A stretch of 62,424 bases of DNA, the filler included. It is 10 parts of 10 records of this genome, joined end to end, with 100 filler letters (N's around TTAATTAATTAA, not from the genome) between each part and the next. Parts side by side here need not be neighbours in the genome. Positions count along the whole stretch, not along the records: positions 1 to 16,974 come from SRR7504441_606; 9 more parts are not named here. One strand, 5' to 3'. Numbering within the stretch: position 1 is the first letter of the stretch; each line of letters begins with the position of its first letter. The position numbers were made by a program, and so were the translations under genes. The notes below the pieces were generated by a model, which was not told where the DNA came from, did not search any database, and worked only from the letters and a program-made list of their open reading frames with translations. Positions 1 through 12,400 of this stretch are shown here, piece by piece.

Positions 1-426
1 AAATCACTACTTTTGAGCTAGTTTCAGGTTCGAGCTCTTTACGAGCTCCTAATTGTAATATGATTGTTTGTAAAAGATATGTCAAGCATACACTTACATC
101 CATGGGCATGTGAATTTAAATGGGCATGTGAATGAATGCCAGAGTGTAAGCGTGTCCCAACTGCTCTCACATGATGACTGTCTGTATATTCTGTGTATGA
201 TAGTAATATGATTGTATTGCGCACCTACCGTACAAGCCAGCATCGCCCGCACATGATCTCATCTGGCTTGTCGTCACTGAAAAAGAGTTGCAGCGCTTCT
301 TGTCCGCACACCTTGCAAGTGGGAGCATCAGAAATGAATCAAGGGACCTCGAGTTATCCTTAGACCATACCTTAGACCACCTCATGACCCTAGACCTCAA
401 AAGTTCACTGACACCCCTTTGTAGGC

Positions 427-3179
427 CTACGACGTTCCCCCAAGGACTACCTTGCAAGGCACTCCAGTGGCCTCGGTGGTGTTGCAAGCCAAGCTGCGAT
501 GCTGGGCCGATACATCGCCCTGGGTCGATACACCGTCAGTGGCCGACCCCCTCTGCAGCGCACCTCGCCGTACACCGTTAACACAGGGATCGCGGTGGTG
601 CAGCTGACAGTGATCGTAACTGCACAGCCAGTCTCACACTGCAGCCGTCTACACGGAATGGCAGTTACAATGTTATTATATTATGGAATGGCAGTTTGGG
701 TCACCAGGGCCGGTGGCGCCCTTGTTCTGCAGGCACGGCACGATCACATACCTGTTGGCGCCTGATCAGGCCAGCCAGCTGGGCCGCTCGCCTCTCAGGG
801 AATCCTGGGAGCGAGGTCTCGATCTCCTGCGAGCATGATTGATTGAACCCTGATTTGGCCACGATCTTCCCGGTCTTGGCCCGCCCAGGCTCACTCACCT
901 GCCGTTCATGATCGTCGCGCTCTCGGCCTACCCGCCACCTTGAAAATGAACGCGACAAGCCCTTGGTCGGTCTCGCCACCTTGCCCAGGCTCAGCCCCAG
1001 TCAGCACGCGCTGCGCACCTGGCCGTGAGGCCACCAGCTTGATCGAGTGCGAGCCCTGGGGCAGCTCGAGCCCGACCTGCGGGTTGTTGAACTTCTGGTA
1101 CCCGCCCGACAGCTCCTCTGTCCAGCCGGTCTCGGCCACAACATCGAGCGATTCCTCCGCCATCGAGGCCAGTTCAAACAGCTGGACCGGAGTCTCACCG
1201 TCGTCGCACTCGGCTGTGACTGTGAACGGGCCCTCGACCCCGGCGGTCTGGAGCGAGGGGAGCAGCATGTAGTTGTTGGGCTCGCCAAACACAGTGGCCT
1301 CGCCCTCCACCTTGGCACTGCACTGGTACTCGGTCTTGGCAGTGAGCACCGTGCCCTGCACCGGTCGGCCCAGCCCACTGGCCAGCTACCTTGCCCAGCG
1401 AGCCGTCGGAGATCTCCATCCGGCCGCCCAGACCCCGGTACTCGTACAGCATCCCGATCAGCCCTGCATCCGGCTCGGCCGGCACTGGAGCCGCCGGCCG
1501 CCTTGGTCATCAGCCCCGTCGGTTCGCTCGATTCCAAACTTGAGCTTGTGCTCGCCCGCCGGTATCCGGACCAGGAACTGAGGGTTCTTAGGCTCCTCGT
1601 ACCCGGCTGCGGTGGGCCCGGTCCAGCTGGACGAGACGGTAGCCGCCAGGGTCGGGTCCGGCTCGATCAGCTCAATCAGCGTGCCGCCTACCCGAGCTGA
1701 GCCAGGCCCGGGGCAACCCACCTGCACAGCCAGAGACGGCCAGCTCTAGCGGGCCAGTGGCGCCCTCGTTCTGGAGGCAGGGGAGCAAGAGCAGCTGCTG
1801 GTCTGGGCTGATCCCAGGCACTGTGGCTTGGACAGAGTCGGAGCTCATGAACTTTGACTGGCTTATGGGCTCGAGCTCGATCTCGGTCTGGTACCCGCCC
1901 TTCCCATGGTACGCGTACACAAACAGGATCAGCCCCTGGTCCTTGGCCCCGTCCGGCCGGCTCAACGTAACCTGGCCCGGCCCGTGAGCCCACAAGCTCC
2001 TATCGAGCCACCAGCAGCTCGTCGGTCGCAGCCGGGCAGCTGAGCAGAAACTGTGGGTTGGCTGCACATCCATACCCGCCGCACCGCTCTTCGCGCCAGG
2101 CGCTCTCGAGCTTTGCGTCGGTCGCAGCTGCGCACCCCTCGACCGGGCCCCAAGCACCGGGCTCACCTGCGGGCGCCGGCTCTGCCTGCACGGCTGACGT
2201 GTTGGCGGCTGGGGCAGCTACGGCCGGTGCAGCCGAGGGGGCCCCGCCGGCAACTTGGCTCACTTTGGCGGTAGAACTGCGGGGGGTCAGCGGCGGCGGG
2301 GGGAAGGCGGTCGCCTGGCGCATCCGACAGTGAGCTGAAGCGGTCCGTTGGCACCCGCGTGCTGAGCCAGGGTGAGAGCGAGCGGCGGCCGGGCTACCTG
2401 GAGGCAGCAGACCACGATGTAACTCCGGGGGGCGTCCGGCTCCACCAGGTGGGTGAACCCGACCTCAGCCGCGGCCAGGAACTTGGTGCCGGCCGTTGCG
2501 TGCGCCTTGTCTACCTTGTCCAGACCCTTCTCACCAGGGAACATCCACATGATCATCCCCTGGTCGGAAGCCCCGTCCGTCCGGGCCGCCCGCACGTGCA
2601 CCAGCTGCCGCCCGGGCTCGAGCTCCACCCGGAACTGCGGGTTGTCCGGCCGGCCGTACCCTCCGTGCGAGCCGCTGGCCCAGCTGGCCCCGGCTCGGCT
2701 GAAGTTTGTGGTCAACGGCGTGAGCACCTGGCCCGACCCTGACCCGGATTATCCCCAAATGGCGCACCGGGGTCACGTTGCCGGTGCTCACCGATATCTT
2801 GACCGGGCCGTCCACCCCGGCGGCCCCGAGCCCGGCCACGATCACGTACTTGTGCGCCCCGTCGCACTCGGCTACCATCCGCGACTCGTAGTGCCGCTTG
2901 TACACCGACTTGGCCACCAGCGCCGCCTCCTCCTCCGGCTCCTCGTACAGGTAGTCGCCGCTGTCCACCCGGTACAGCCGGACTCCGAGAGGCTGGTCGC
3001 GGGCCTGGTCGGTACGGTCCACCTCGATGTTGACCGCGTGCACCCCGGCCGGCAGCTCGAGCAAGGCCTGCGGGTTGATCGATGACGGATACTCCTCGGA
3101 GCTCGCGTCCCAACGCAAATCCACGTGCGCCTGCCCACCGTCAGACTCGTCCTCCCCCCCGGGGCACCTCTGTTGCCAT
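427..3179 (-). CDS. Protein with five tandem calpain domain III (C2-like) repeats and no protease core; about 13 introns
   Basis: Spliced frames repeat W-x(5-6)-GG-x(5)-NPQ five times (SINPQ, GGYGRPDNPQF, GGYGCAANPQF, AGYEEPKNPQF, GGYQKFNNPQV), followed by DQG/DQP and (P)CLQxxGxxGP-like motifs. ATG at 3179 is followed by a 37-nt intron. The 3' end is uncertain. Confidence 0.7.
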
Positions 3180-3211
3180 GGCCGTTATCAACGGTCAGCG
3201 TGCTGGGATTG

Positions 3212-4673
3212 ATGGGCGAAGCGCTGTCCAGGGCGGCTCCTCGTACAGGTACGAGCCACGGGCCGGCCGAGCAGTGGCGGTTCGCCCCGTGGCTCTCCAA
3301 AAAGGCCGACGAAATCGATGTGCTAGAGGCGGCTCAGCGGGACGACCACGAGGCCTTGGAGATGGTGTTTCAGCTGGCGCCAGATAGGCTGGACGCCCCA
3401 GATAGGAACGGCTGGACTCCGCTGTGGTGGGCCATCTTTCACGCCAAGTGGGGCGGGCTGCCGGTCTTGGGCTGAGTGCTGTGTGCAGGAGCGAGACGGT
3501 GAGGACTCTGCTGAAGGCACGGGCCGACGTGCAGAGGGAGAGTGACTCGGGCGACTCGCCGCTGCACAACGCGGCCTGGAAGGGCAACTGCGCGACGGTG
3601 GAGGTGCTGCTCGAGTACGGGGCCGAGGTGGACCGGCCGGACAAGGACCACCGGACACCGCTCTACAGAGCGGCCCGATTCGGGCACACCAGCTGCATCG
3701 AGTTGCTCCTGCAGGCCCAGGCCGAGATCGACCGGATTAACGGCAGCCTGCAGGAGACCGCGCTCCACCGGGCGGCCCGGTACGGGCATGTGGCGTGCGT
3801 GTTCTGCCTGCTGGCCTGTGGGGCCGACCAGACGGCGCTGGACCAGGCAGGTGCCACCGCCCAGCAGCTGGCGCTACGGCACGGCAAGCTCGAGACCACC
3901 CAGCTGCTGGCCAAGGCAGCTGAGCTGGCCAAGATCGACGTGCTCAAGGCGGCCGAGCAGGGCGATATAGAGGCGCTCAGGATGATCGGCCAGCTCTGCC
4001 CCAAGCGGATCGACCTGCCGGACCCGGCGGGCAAGACCCCACTGCATGTGGCGGCCTTCTTCCGCAAGCTGCCCTCAATCAGCACCCTGCTCGAGGCGAA
4101 TGCGGGGATCGACCTAACAGACCAGAATGGGAGCACCCCGCTGTACGTGGCTGCCGGGGCCGGGCATGCGGACGGTGCTAGCCGCAGCGCTGAGTTGACT
4201 GACGGCCGGCCGCAGTTGTGGAGCAGCTGCTCCAAGCCCGGGCCGACCCTGAAGCGGCCGACCTGTATGGAGAGACTCCACTGTTTAGCGCTGCGGACCA
4301 CATGCAGCTGCAGGTGGTGAAGGCGCTCCTCGCCAACGGCGCCAACGTAAACGTGACGGACAAGCGCGGGCGCACGCCGCTCGACATGGCCACTGGCAGA
4401 GGGCTGCGTCACGCGCTGGTCGCCAAAGTGCTGATGGACGCAGGCGGAGTGTCCTCGGCCTACGGCCTGCGCCTGGGACCGCGCAGCGCCGAGAAGGCCG
4501 AGCTATGGCCCGCGATCGCAACCGCCTACCGTCATTTGAGCCATCTGAAATGGGTGTACGTGGTCGCCTCGCGATACTCTTTCGATCGTGCTGACATGAC
4601 GGTAGCAACGCTACCTGACAATGCTAGTGACGATGCGGCGGCTGCGGCACTGCCACCGGCAAGCGAGTACTAG
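3212..4673 (+). CDS. Ankyrin repeat protein (2 introns)
   Basis: Many TPLH/TPLY/TALH ankyrin motifs. Internal duplication IDVLEAAQRDDHEALEM / IDVLKAAEQGDIEALRM. Short GT-AG introns near 3448-3489 and 4175-4215 join the frames. Confidence 0.85.
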
Positions 4674-4821
4674 TAATTAACAAAACTTCCGAAACTTCGC
4701 GAGTTTACATACCGTAGTGTCCCGTCGTCAGCTCGTCAGGTCACAATATACCGTACGTGCGCATGCTGAGACCCTGCGCCCAATCAGAAATTTTCGGGCA
4801 TTTGATTTTGCTGCCGTACAC

Positions 4822-6506
4822 ATGCCGGCTGCCTCGCCAGGGTCACCCAATGGCACGCCAGCTGGTGGGGCGGCGCAGCGCGGTGTGAGCTGGCCGCCGA
4901 GCCCGGAGTTGGCCCAGGTGTTTGAGATCTCGCCGCGCAAGGTGGCCCGCTAGCCTGGCTGGAGCCAGTCGGGGGCAGGACCCGTCGGAGACCGCCGAAA
5001 TCGACGCCCAGAACCAGAGGGAGATGCGGCTGTTCGCCAAGCAGAACCTGGAGGCCCAGCTCGACCGGATGAACCCGGTGCAGAGCCGGCCGGCCAGCTC
5101 GCGCACCAAAGCGGCCAAGCTGGCCGAGAAAGTGAGCGAACTGGAGCGGGAGCTCGAGGCCCAGCAGGCGGCCCACCGGGACGAGATGGCCGAGAGGGAG
5201 CAGTGGGCCGCCCAGCTAGAGAAGGATAACCGCGAGCTGGCCGCCCGGTGCGAGCTGCTCGAGCTCCAGCTGGGCGAGCGGTCCGACCAGCTCGAGAGCG
5301 CCGAGAGACAGGCCCGGCCCGATTTAGCTCGGCTGAGCGGGGGGCAGTTGGCGGAGGCCGACCTGCTGCTCTCGGAGCAGATGGAGGGGGCGGCCAGGAG
5401 CTGTCTGCTCGAGCGCGAGCTAGCGGCCAGGGACGAGAGGATCAGCGAGCTTGAGGCCCGGAGCCAGCAGTCCGACGGACCGCCCGACCCTCAAGCAGAG
5501 TGCCCAGCAGCTCGACCCTCGCCGCCAGCCGAAGAGCCCACCGGGCCAGCGACCGCTGACACGGAGGTGACGGGACTCGCGTAGCTGATTGATTCGGATG
5601 GTTTGCAGGGCATGGACCCGCCGAAGTCGCCGACCAGGAGCGCTGCCCCAATAGATCGGTCAGTGCCCTGATGGCCTGGCTGAGTTGCAGTGGGCAGGCT
5701 TGCGCTGCTGGAGAGGGCCTGGCCTATGAAGCAGCCGCCCAATCCGGCCAAGCCAGCCAAGCCGCCCTGCCAGACAACACCCAATCCAGAGAGCCAAGGA
5801 CAGCCCAGCCGGGCAGAGCCAGCATCGGGAGCCGGTCTGGTGCCTCGCCCCGCGCCCGAACCGAGCAGCAGCAAGTCCGAGCCTTCACAGGCCGCCGAGC
5901 TGGAGCAGCGGCGGCGGGCCCAGCTGCTGGCGGTGTTTGGCTTGTTCGACTCGGAGGGCGCCGGCTCTGTCCAGTCGCGTGAGCTGCTCCAGCTGGGCAG
6001 GATGCGCAGGATGCTTGGCCAGAAGCCCGGCGACTGGTCAGAGGAGCGGAATACCCGAGCAATTGAGCAGCTCGACCCGAGCGGGGATGGGCTGGTCCAG
6101 GCAGCACAGTTCGCGATCCACTTTGAGCGCGCGCTGCCCCAGGCCCCGGCCCAGTTTGGGCTGGTCATCACACAGTTCAAGGAGGTGGCAGCTGCCAGCC
6201 AAGAGAAGCTCAAGCGCGAGAGGTGACCTGGCTCGCCCGTCTTGCCTTGACTGTCATGGCAGAGAACGCGAGGAAGCTCTCAGAACCAGACTCGCGGCAA
6301 AGAAGAAGGCGGCCGAGGACGCGGCCAAGATGTCGTTCCCAGACAAGTACCGATCCAAGTCGGGTGTGCCAGGTCCGCTAAAGCGGCAGGAGCGAGAGCT
6401 GCAGTCCAGTCATCCGCTCTTCACCACAGAAAAGCGAGCCCCACGGAAATCCGCCCGCAACGAGGCTCGCCTCAAGCAGCAGTTGGAGCGGCTCTCTGCG
6501 GCTTGA
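4822..6506 (+). CDS. Coiled-coil plus EF-hand-pair protein (several introns)
   Basis: Coiled-coil ORF 4922-5584 joins the EF-hand ORF (LFDSEGAGSVQSREL, LDPSGDGLVQAAQF) through a 42-nt GT-AG intron at 5567-5608 that removes the TAG. Further introns near 5659-5697 and 6223-6262. Confidence 0.6.
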
Positions 6507-6923
6507 CAGCAGCCCGAAGCATTCCCTGCGAAGATCCATGTAGGTTCAAAAGCGTCAAGGCTTCAATATTTGGGGCTCGCCCGCGCTTATTTAACTGTAA
6601 GCTACGGTGCGCGGCTAAAAGGCTGACCATTTAATACAATCATGTAACCATTTTACTTTTGTGAATTTTATGATCAATGACATCTACATGTAGATCTCTA
6701 TACTTGTAATCAGCGATATGGATCAATGATATTACATTCATGAATTCGCGGTATGTCTGGACAGATGTTACCTTGTACTGTAGGCTAACATTACAAAGTA
6801 AGCGACATAAGCGAGCTCACGTCCCTCGGCGTCCCCTGCAAGTCAATGCAAGATGTATGCAAAATGTTTGCATGCTGAATGGTCTAATGAGGCCTGCAAT
6901 ATGTCACTGATGTAATCTCTGGA

Positions 6924-9254
6924 TCAGTTTTGTGCTCCTGCCATCAAGTGAGCTAGCCCGCGTTGTTGCTTGCTCTGCCCGGCGAGCAGCTGCTCATACT
7001 CGCTGGCCAGACTGGCCAGCCCTTTGTTCGTCCTCAAAATGGGCACCATCTGCTCTAGCCTTGCCTGTGGCGGCACCCACCCGAGCCTGAGCCCCTCGGC
7101 CCTTTGATCCTGCAGTTGGGTGCCAATCTCCACCAGTCTGGCCTGGGCGCCAGAGCCCGCCAGGTGCCTCAGATAGTAGTCCCACCAGCTGTCCGCCTGC
7201 TCGCTCTTCCCGAGCAGCATCGCTCCGTACAGCTGGATCTCAATATTCCCAACCGCCGCCTCGGCCGTCGGCTGGCTCCCTTGCAGCAGGTCAGCGCTGA
7301 ACCGCGCCCTTGTCTGGTCAGTCAGGCGGAGCCACGAGCCGAGCTGCGGGCTGAGTGCGAAGCTCTCGGCCAGTCCGGCCCCGGAGCTCACTGTGAGCAC
7401 CGCGATCCCGTTAGGGTGAAGCTCCATCCCGAGCACCGCCTTCCCGGCCGACAGCATCCCGGCCGCCGAGCCACGGGACGCCAGCCGCATCTGACTCATG
7501 TCCCACACCATGAGCTCACCATCCGCCGAGAGTGCGGCCAGCCAGCCGTCTGGCCCGCACGCCAAGAACGCCACGGCTCTGCTCAGCTGGATCGGAGGCA
7601 GCAGCCATCGGCCAGTGGCTGGGCTCAGCAAGTAGAGCTGCCCGTCTGCGCAACCGACTGCCACCAGCCTGCCGCAGCCTGCCAGCGCCGAGCCGGGCGC
7701 CGGAGTGTAGCTCGACCAGGAGCGCGACCCGTCCTCGGCCGTGCAGACCACCTGACTGGTCTGGCCGTCCGGCTGGGCCGTCACCTCGATTGTCATTGTG
7801 CCTATCTTGCACAGCAGCCGCTTTGCCACAGCCGGGCACACATCACTGGCTCGGGCCGCTACCTCCATCACCGGCTGCGGCTCCAGGCGCGCGTGCTTGG
7901 CTGCTGGCGGCCCCAGCTCAGTCGCCACGCGTGTCGGGCAGATCCTCCGCTTGCCGTTGGGCAGCCGGCTCTCAGTCTGCTGCCGGGCCTCAGACTGCTG
8001 GCTCGGCCGGGCGATGAGACTGTGCGCGAGTGGGCTGTGCGGCGGCGGGGCTGCCGGCGGAGTGCCGGTGGGCTGGGCGGCGTTGGCCAGAGTCTCGGGG
8101 ATGGCGGCTGGGTCGAGCACCGCGAAGCCGGGCTGCTGCTGGAGGAGCAAGGCCTGCTCCTGCTCGCTGAGCGGCTGGCCGAGCTCGGAGCGCTCAAACT
8201 GTACGCTGGCCACTGTGCCATCAGCAGAGCAGGCGAGCAGCCCCAGGCCATCAGCAGTCCAGCAGATGTCAAGCACCGGCTTCTGGGGCTCAAACAGCTC
8301 CGAGAGCACCAACAGCGCCTTGTGCTCCTCGCTTTCGGACTGATCTGTGGTCCAAATAGAAACCCGCGGCTCTGCGCTGCCCAGTGCAAACAGCATTTGG
8401 ACCGCATCCTGCTTGTTTGTCGGGTTCCGTTTGAACACCTTGGGGTTCCAGCCAGCCGTGAGCACCACCCCGTCGTCATGCCCGGTCATCTTGCCCACCT
8501 CCTCCCACGAGCCGCGCTCGTACGCCACGGCCGCGTGGTGCCCTCGCACCCGGGCCGCCACCAGCAGCAGGAACCGGCCGTCCGGCGACCAGCAGCTCCG
8601 ATTGAACATCGCCTCGCCGGCCTTGTCTTCAAACACCGCCGAGATCTGTTTTTCAACGGTCCAATCGGCTGCGCGCCAGATGATGGCCTTGCTGTCCTCG
8701 GCCTGGGTCAGAAGATACTTGCCCAGCGGGTCCCACTCAAGCCCTTTCACTATCGAGCAATGCGCAGTGATCACTTTGGCACACGACCAGCTCCCGGCCT
8801 GCCACACCCGCACTGTGTTGTCTATGCTGCACGAGGCCAGCCGACTGCCGTCCGGGGACCAGCCCACCCCGAGCACGTCCATGCTGTGCCCCCGGAGCAG
8901 CGCCACTGCCCGCCAGTTCTCCAGGTTGTTCTCGGCCGCTGCCCCAAAGGCCGTCCCGCCCCGCCCGGCGCCGAGCCCCCACACGATCACCGCCTTGTCG
9001 TCGGACCCGGAGGCCAGCTGGTCGCCCTGGGCGCTCCACCGGACGCAGTTGACCGCCCGCTCGTGCGTGTTGAGCGCGGCCAGCAGCGGCGCCGCGGGCT
9101 CCTCCTGGACCGCCGCCGTCCAGATCTTCACCAGGTTGTCCCCCCCGCCGGTGGCGATCCGGGAGCCCCGCGAGCACACGTGCAGCGAGTAGATCGGAGC
9201 CGGCTTCTTGTCCGGGCCCAGGTGCACCAGCCAGGCCGGCTTGTCCAGGATCAT
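6924..9254 (-). CDS. HIRA: Histone chaperone HIRA/Hir1 (intronless, 776 aa)
   Basis: N-terminal KPAWLVH...IYSLHV...GSRIATGGGD WD40 propeller, WDPLGKYL motif, B-domain QQTESRLPNGKRRICP and C-terminal Hira domain. Confidence 0.92.
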   Translation of the reverse strand: MILDKPAWLVHLGPDKKPAPIYSLHVCSRGSRIATGGGDNLVKIWTAAVQEEPAAPLLAALNTHERAVNCVRWSAQGDQLASGSDDKAVIVWGLGAGRGGTAFGAAAENNLENWRAVALLRGHSMDVLGVGWSPDGSRLASCSIDNTVRVWQAGSWSCAKVITAHCSIVKGLEWDPLGKYLLTQAEDSKAIIWRAADWTVEKQISAVFEDKAGEAMFNRSCWSPDGRFLLLVAARVRGHHAAVAYERGSWEEVGKMTGHDDGVVLTAGWNPKVFKRNPTNKQDAVQMLFALGSAEPRVSIWTTDQSESEEHKALLVLSELFEPQKPVLDICWTADGLGLLACSADGTVASVQFERSELGQPLSEQEQALLLQQQPGFAVLDPAAIPETLANAAQPTGTPPAAPPPHSPLAHSLIARPSQQSEARQQTESRLPNGKRRICPTRVATELGPPAAKHARLEPQPVMEVAARASDVCPAVAKRLLCKIGTMTIEVTAQPDGQTSQVVCTAEDGSRSWSSYTPAPGSALAGCGRLVAVGCADGQLYLLSPATGRWLLPPIQLSRAVAFLACGPDGWLAALSADGELMVWDMSQMRLASRGSAAGMLSAGKAVLGMELHPNGIAVLTVSSGAGLAESFALSPQLGSWLRLTDQTRARFSADLLQGSQPTAEAAVGNIEIQLYGAMLLGKSEQADSWWDYYLRHLAGSGAQARLVEIGTQLQDQRAEGLRLGWVPPQARLEQMVPILRTNKGLASLASEYEQLLAGQSKQQRGLAHLMAGAQN

Positions 9255-9459
9255 CGCCCGACGCTCGTTGCCAGGTCAAGCTCGCTTCCGATGGTCGGAG
9301 AACCGCCGGTGTGCGCGCTGCCCCACGCAGGTGGTAGTGGTTGCCCCCGGTTTGCACACACCCCGGAGCCCGATCACAACGGACAATCGTTCAAAGCGCA
9401 GCGGGCACAGCCTTCCGGGTCGTGAAACCACTGCATCAGCACAGCGAGGCGAGCACCAG

Positions 9460-12400
9460 ATGGAGGGCGCCGAGAAGATCACGTCGCTCACCTCGAAGCT
9501 GGTCCAGCGGCTGGTCCCTCACAGGTACCGCTCTCGCCCGGCCGGCCGCTGAGCGCGCTCCAGCGATGAGGCCACCTCCGGCAAGCTCATGGCGTACAGT
9601 CTCCGGTGCGGCTCGGCCCGCAGCTCCGGTGTCGATGGCGCGTTGCAGGATCCTGGGCAGCCGGATGACGCCCTCGGTGGTCGGCGACGAGCAGCACCTG
9701 TCTCAGTCGATCCAGAAGAAACGTGCCCCCGTCCGGCGGCCGGCGGTCACCGCGGGACAGTGGTGCGTGAGCAGTCCGTCGCCGTGGCAGCCAAGTTCGC
9801 AGAGCTGCACCGGCGGCTGGCGCAGGCACACGGCTGGTCGTGGCGCGCGAGCGATCTGGTGGGGCGCAGATCCCGGTGCTGCAGCAGCGCTGGTCGATCA
9901 TCTACCTGCTCAACACGTGCTGAGCAGGGCTCCGCCGGGCTGAGTCGGCCGGACAGGCTGAGCGAGGCCTCGGCTGGGTACGCTGTCCCGCACGAGCCCA
10001 CCGCGCCGATCCTCGAGACGGGTGTCTGGCCTGCGAGTCGGCTGCTGAAAGCTGTATGCAGCGTTCCATTCGCTTGGGCTGGATACGCTCGATCCATCGA
10101 CCCCAAGCGCGCTCGAAGCCGGTGCAGCAGCCCAGCCATCCCCGGGCGACTGATCGGACCGGGCGGCAGTCAAAACCGGGAATGTAATCTCAGAGCGATC
10201 AGCTGCTGCCGACAGCCGCAAGCCTCGCAACCAGAAGGTCTGGTGTGCTGGGGGCGGGCGAACCGGCTGCAGGTGGCGGAGATGGTCAGCCAGCTGCACC
10301 AGGACTGCCACGAAGTGTCCGAGTCGGCCCTGCTCCGGGACGTGATCTTTGCTCTCCAAGGTGCCCGCGCTGGCACTGGTCACGACGGGCTGTCGCAGGC
10401 ATCGATGGCTCACACATCAAATTCGACATCATTACAGATGGCTACACGCTGGACCGCAAGGTGCCCACCCCCCGCCTGGGCTGCCTGAGGCTGGCTCGGC
10501 AGCTGGGCGTTCTGCAGCCGACCCGCGAGCTGCTCCAGCGAGTGTGTGAGCTCGGATGGCTGTTCGGCCGGGTGAGCTCAGCAGCTGGCCTGGTGCTAGC
10601 GTGTCGCAGGTGCGTGATTTCGTGTCGACGCACACGCCAAATAAAAAGGGGGCTTTCCTCGGGCTGGTTGGACAAAGCCTGTGCTCGGCCCTGCACACTG
10701 AGCTGTCCGACTATTACAAGCTAATAGCGATACTCGAGTCTCAGGTGCGCAACCCATCGAGGCTTGGGGCGCGAGTATGATGGCCGGGGCAGGTTACAGT
10801 GGGCTCCGATGGTGGCGTGACAATGCGGCGGCTGTTTGTGTGGATTCAGGAGCCGCTGGAGCGGATGAAGTTAATGGCTTTGATTGTGGACTCCTGCAGA
10901 GGCATGAAAGGCGGAGCACTTGCATCCAAGGTGCACTCTTTCCTGCAGCACGGCGATCCTGCGTATCGCGTCTTCGTGACTCAGCTGATGAAGCTGATCT
11001 GTGTTCCTCTGTTTGCCATGATGCGCCATTGGATGGTCGAAGGGCAGCTCGAGGACCCGTTCCACGAGTTTTTCATCGCCGCCGAGCACAAGGTCAGCCA
11101 CGAAGACATGTGGCACAGCAAGTTCCGGATCGAGCCTGGACTGCTCCCCAGCTTCATAAGCTCAAACCTGGCCGACAAGATCCTCCAGATTGGCAAGACG
11201 ATCAACTTTATCCGGATCTCATGCAATGACTCCGAGTGGCTGCTCGACCACAACACTTTGGCCGGGCTGGACGCAGGGCTCTCATACGGCCAGATCGAGG
11301 CACTCGAGACCATGGTGTGCCCGACACCAGCCAGTGCTAAGCGCAGCTCTAGGTGAACACAGTGGCCGAGAAGACGAACGCACACGCGCTGGAGCTGCTC
11401 TTTAACAAATATCGGTGTGCCAGTTGGTGGCGGGTGCTCATGTGCGATCCAGGTTCCGGGAGCACTGCCTGGCGATAAAGCACTACTTGCTTCTGGGGCA
11501 AGGCGACTTCATCCAGTACTTGATGGACATGCTCAGTCCAGATCTGTCCAAGCCAGCAAGCCAGCTTATGCATTCGCGCCACAACCTCACTGGCATTCTC
11601 GAATCAGCAATCAGAGGCTCGAGTGCGCACCAGGAGAGCTCGGACATGGCACAGCGGCTCGGAGTCCGGATCGGGCACGCAATGCCAGGCGACGAGGGCT
11701 GGGACGTGTTCTCGCTCGAGTATCAAGTGGACATGCCCCTGAACATCGTGCTGGGCAAGGAGGTGATGGAGTCGTACCTGCAGCTGTTCAACTTCCTGTG
11801 GAGACTCAAGCGGATCGAGTATTCGCTCACTGGGACCTGGCGGCGACAGATGACTTCAGCTCGAATGGGGAAAGATCTGGCAGAGCTCCAGAAGGACCTC
11901 CATAAGGGTCACGTGCTCCGGAACGAAATGATTCACTTCATCTACAACCTTCAGTATTATATGATGTTTGAGGTGGCCGAGACCGCCTGGAGCCAGCTGG
12001 TTGCCGACATGGAAAACGCCAAGGATCTTGATCAGCTGATTGCATCGCACCAGAAGTACATTGACAGTCTGATGGCACGTGCTTTGCTAGGCGAGAGCAC
12101 CGAAGAGATGATGAAGTGCCTCGACAGCATCTTCAGGTTAATCATCAAATTCCAACAGACAACAGATGTTCTATATAACTCGGCTGATGAGCTGATCCAA
12201 CAGCATAAGGACCTGGCCCATGAGCAGCTTGCTGCTGAGGAGGCAGGCCAATGGGGGCCAGCCAAGCAGTTGCCACGCCGGATGACAGCGCAAGCTCAGA
12301 CGCAGCTCACAGCTGTTGCTGTCGAGTATGAGGAGAAATTCGCCCAATTCCTTCGATCACTGTCGCAGCATGTGATCACGATTGGTGATCTGCAAAGCAT

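Noticed and set aside
5567-5614. Operon-like 27-nt gap between a stop (5584) and the next ATG (5612)
   Set aside because: The stop lies inside a 42-nt GT-AG intron, so this is more likely one gene.
7104-9425. 773-aa plus-strand ORF, and other long antisense ORFs such as 42656-43777
   Set aside because: Shadow frames of GC-rich real genes (HIRA, kinesin) with no recognisable motifs.
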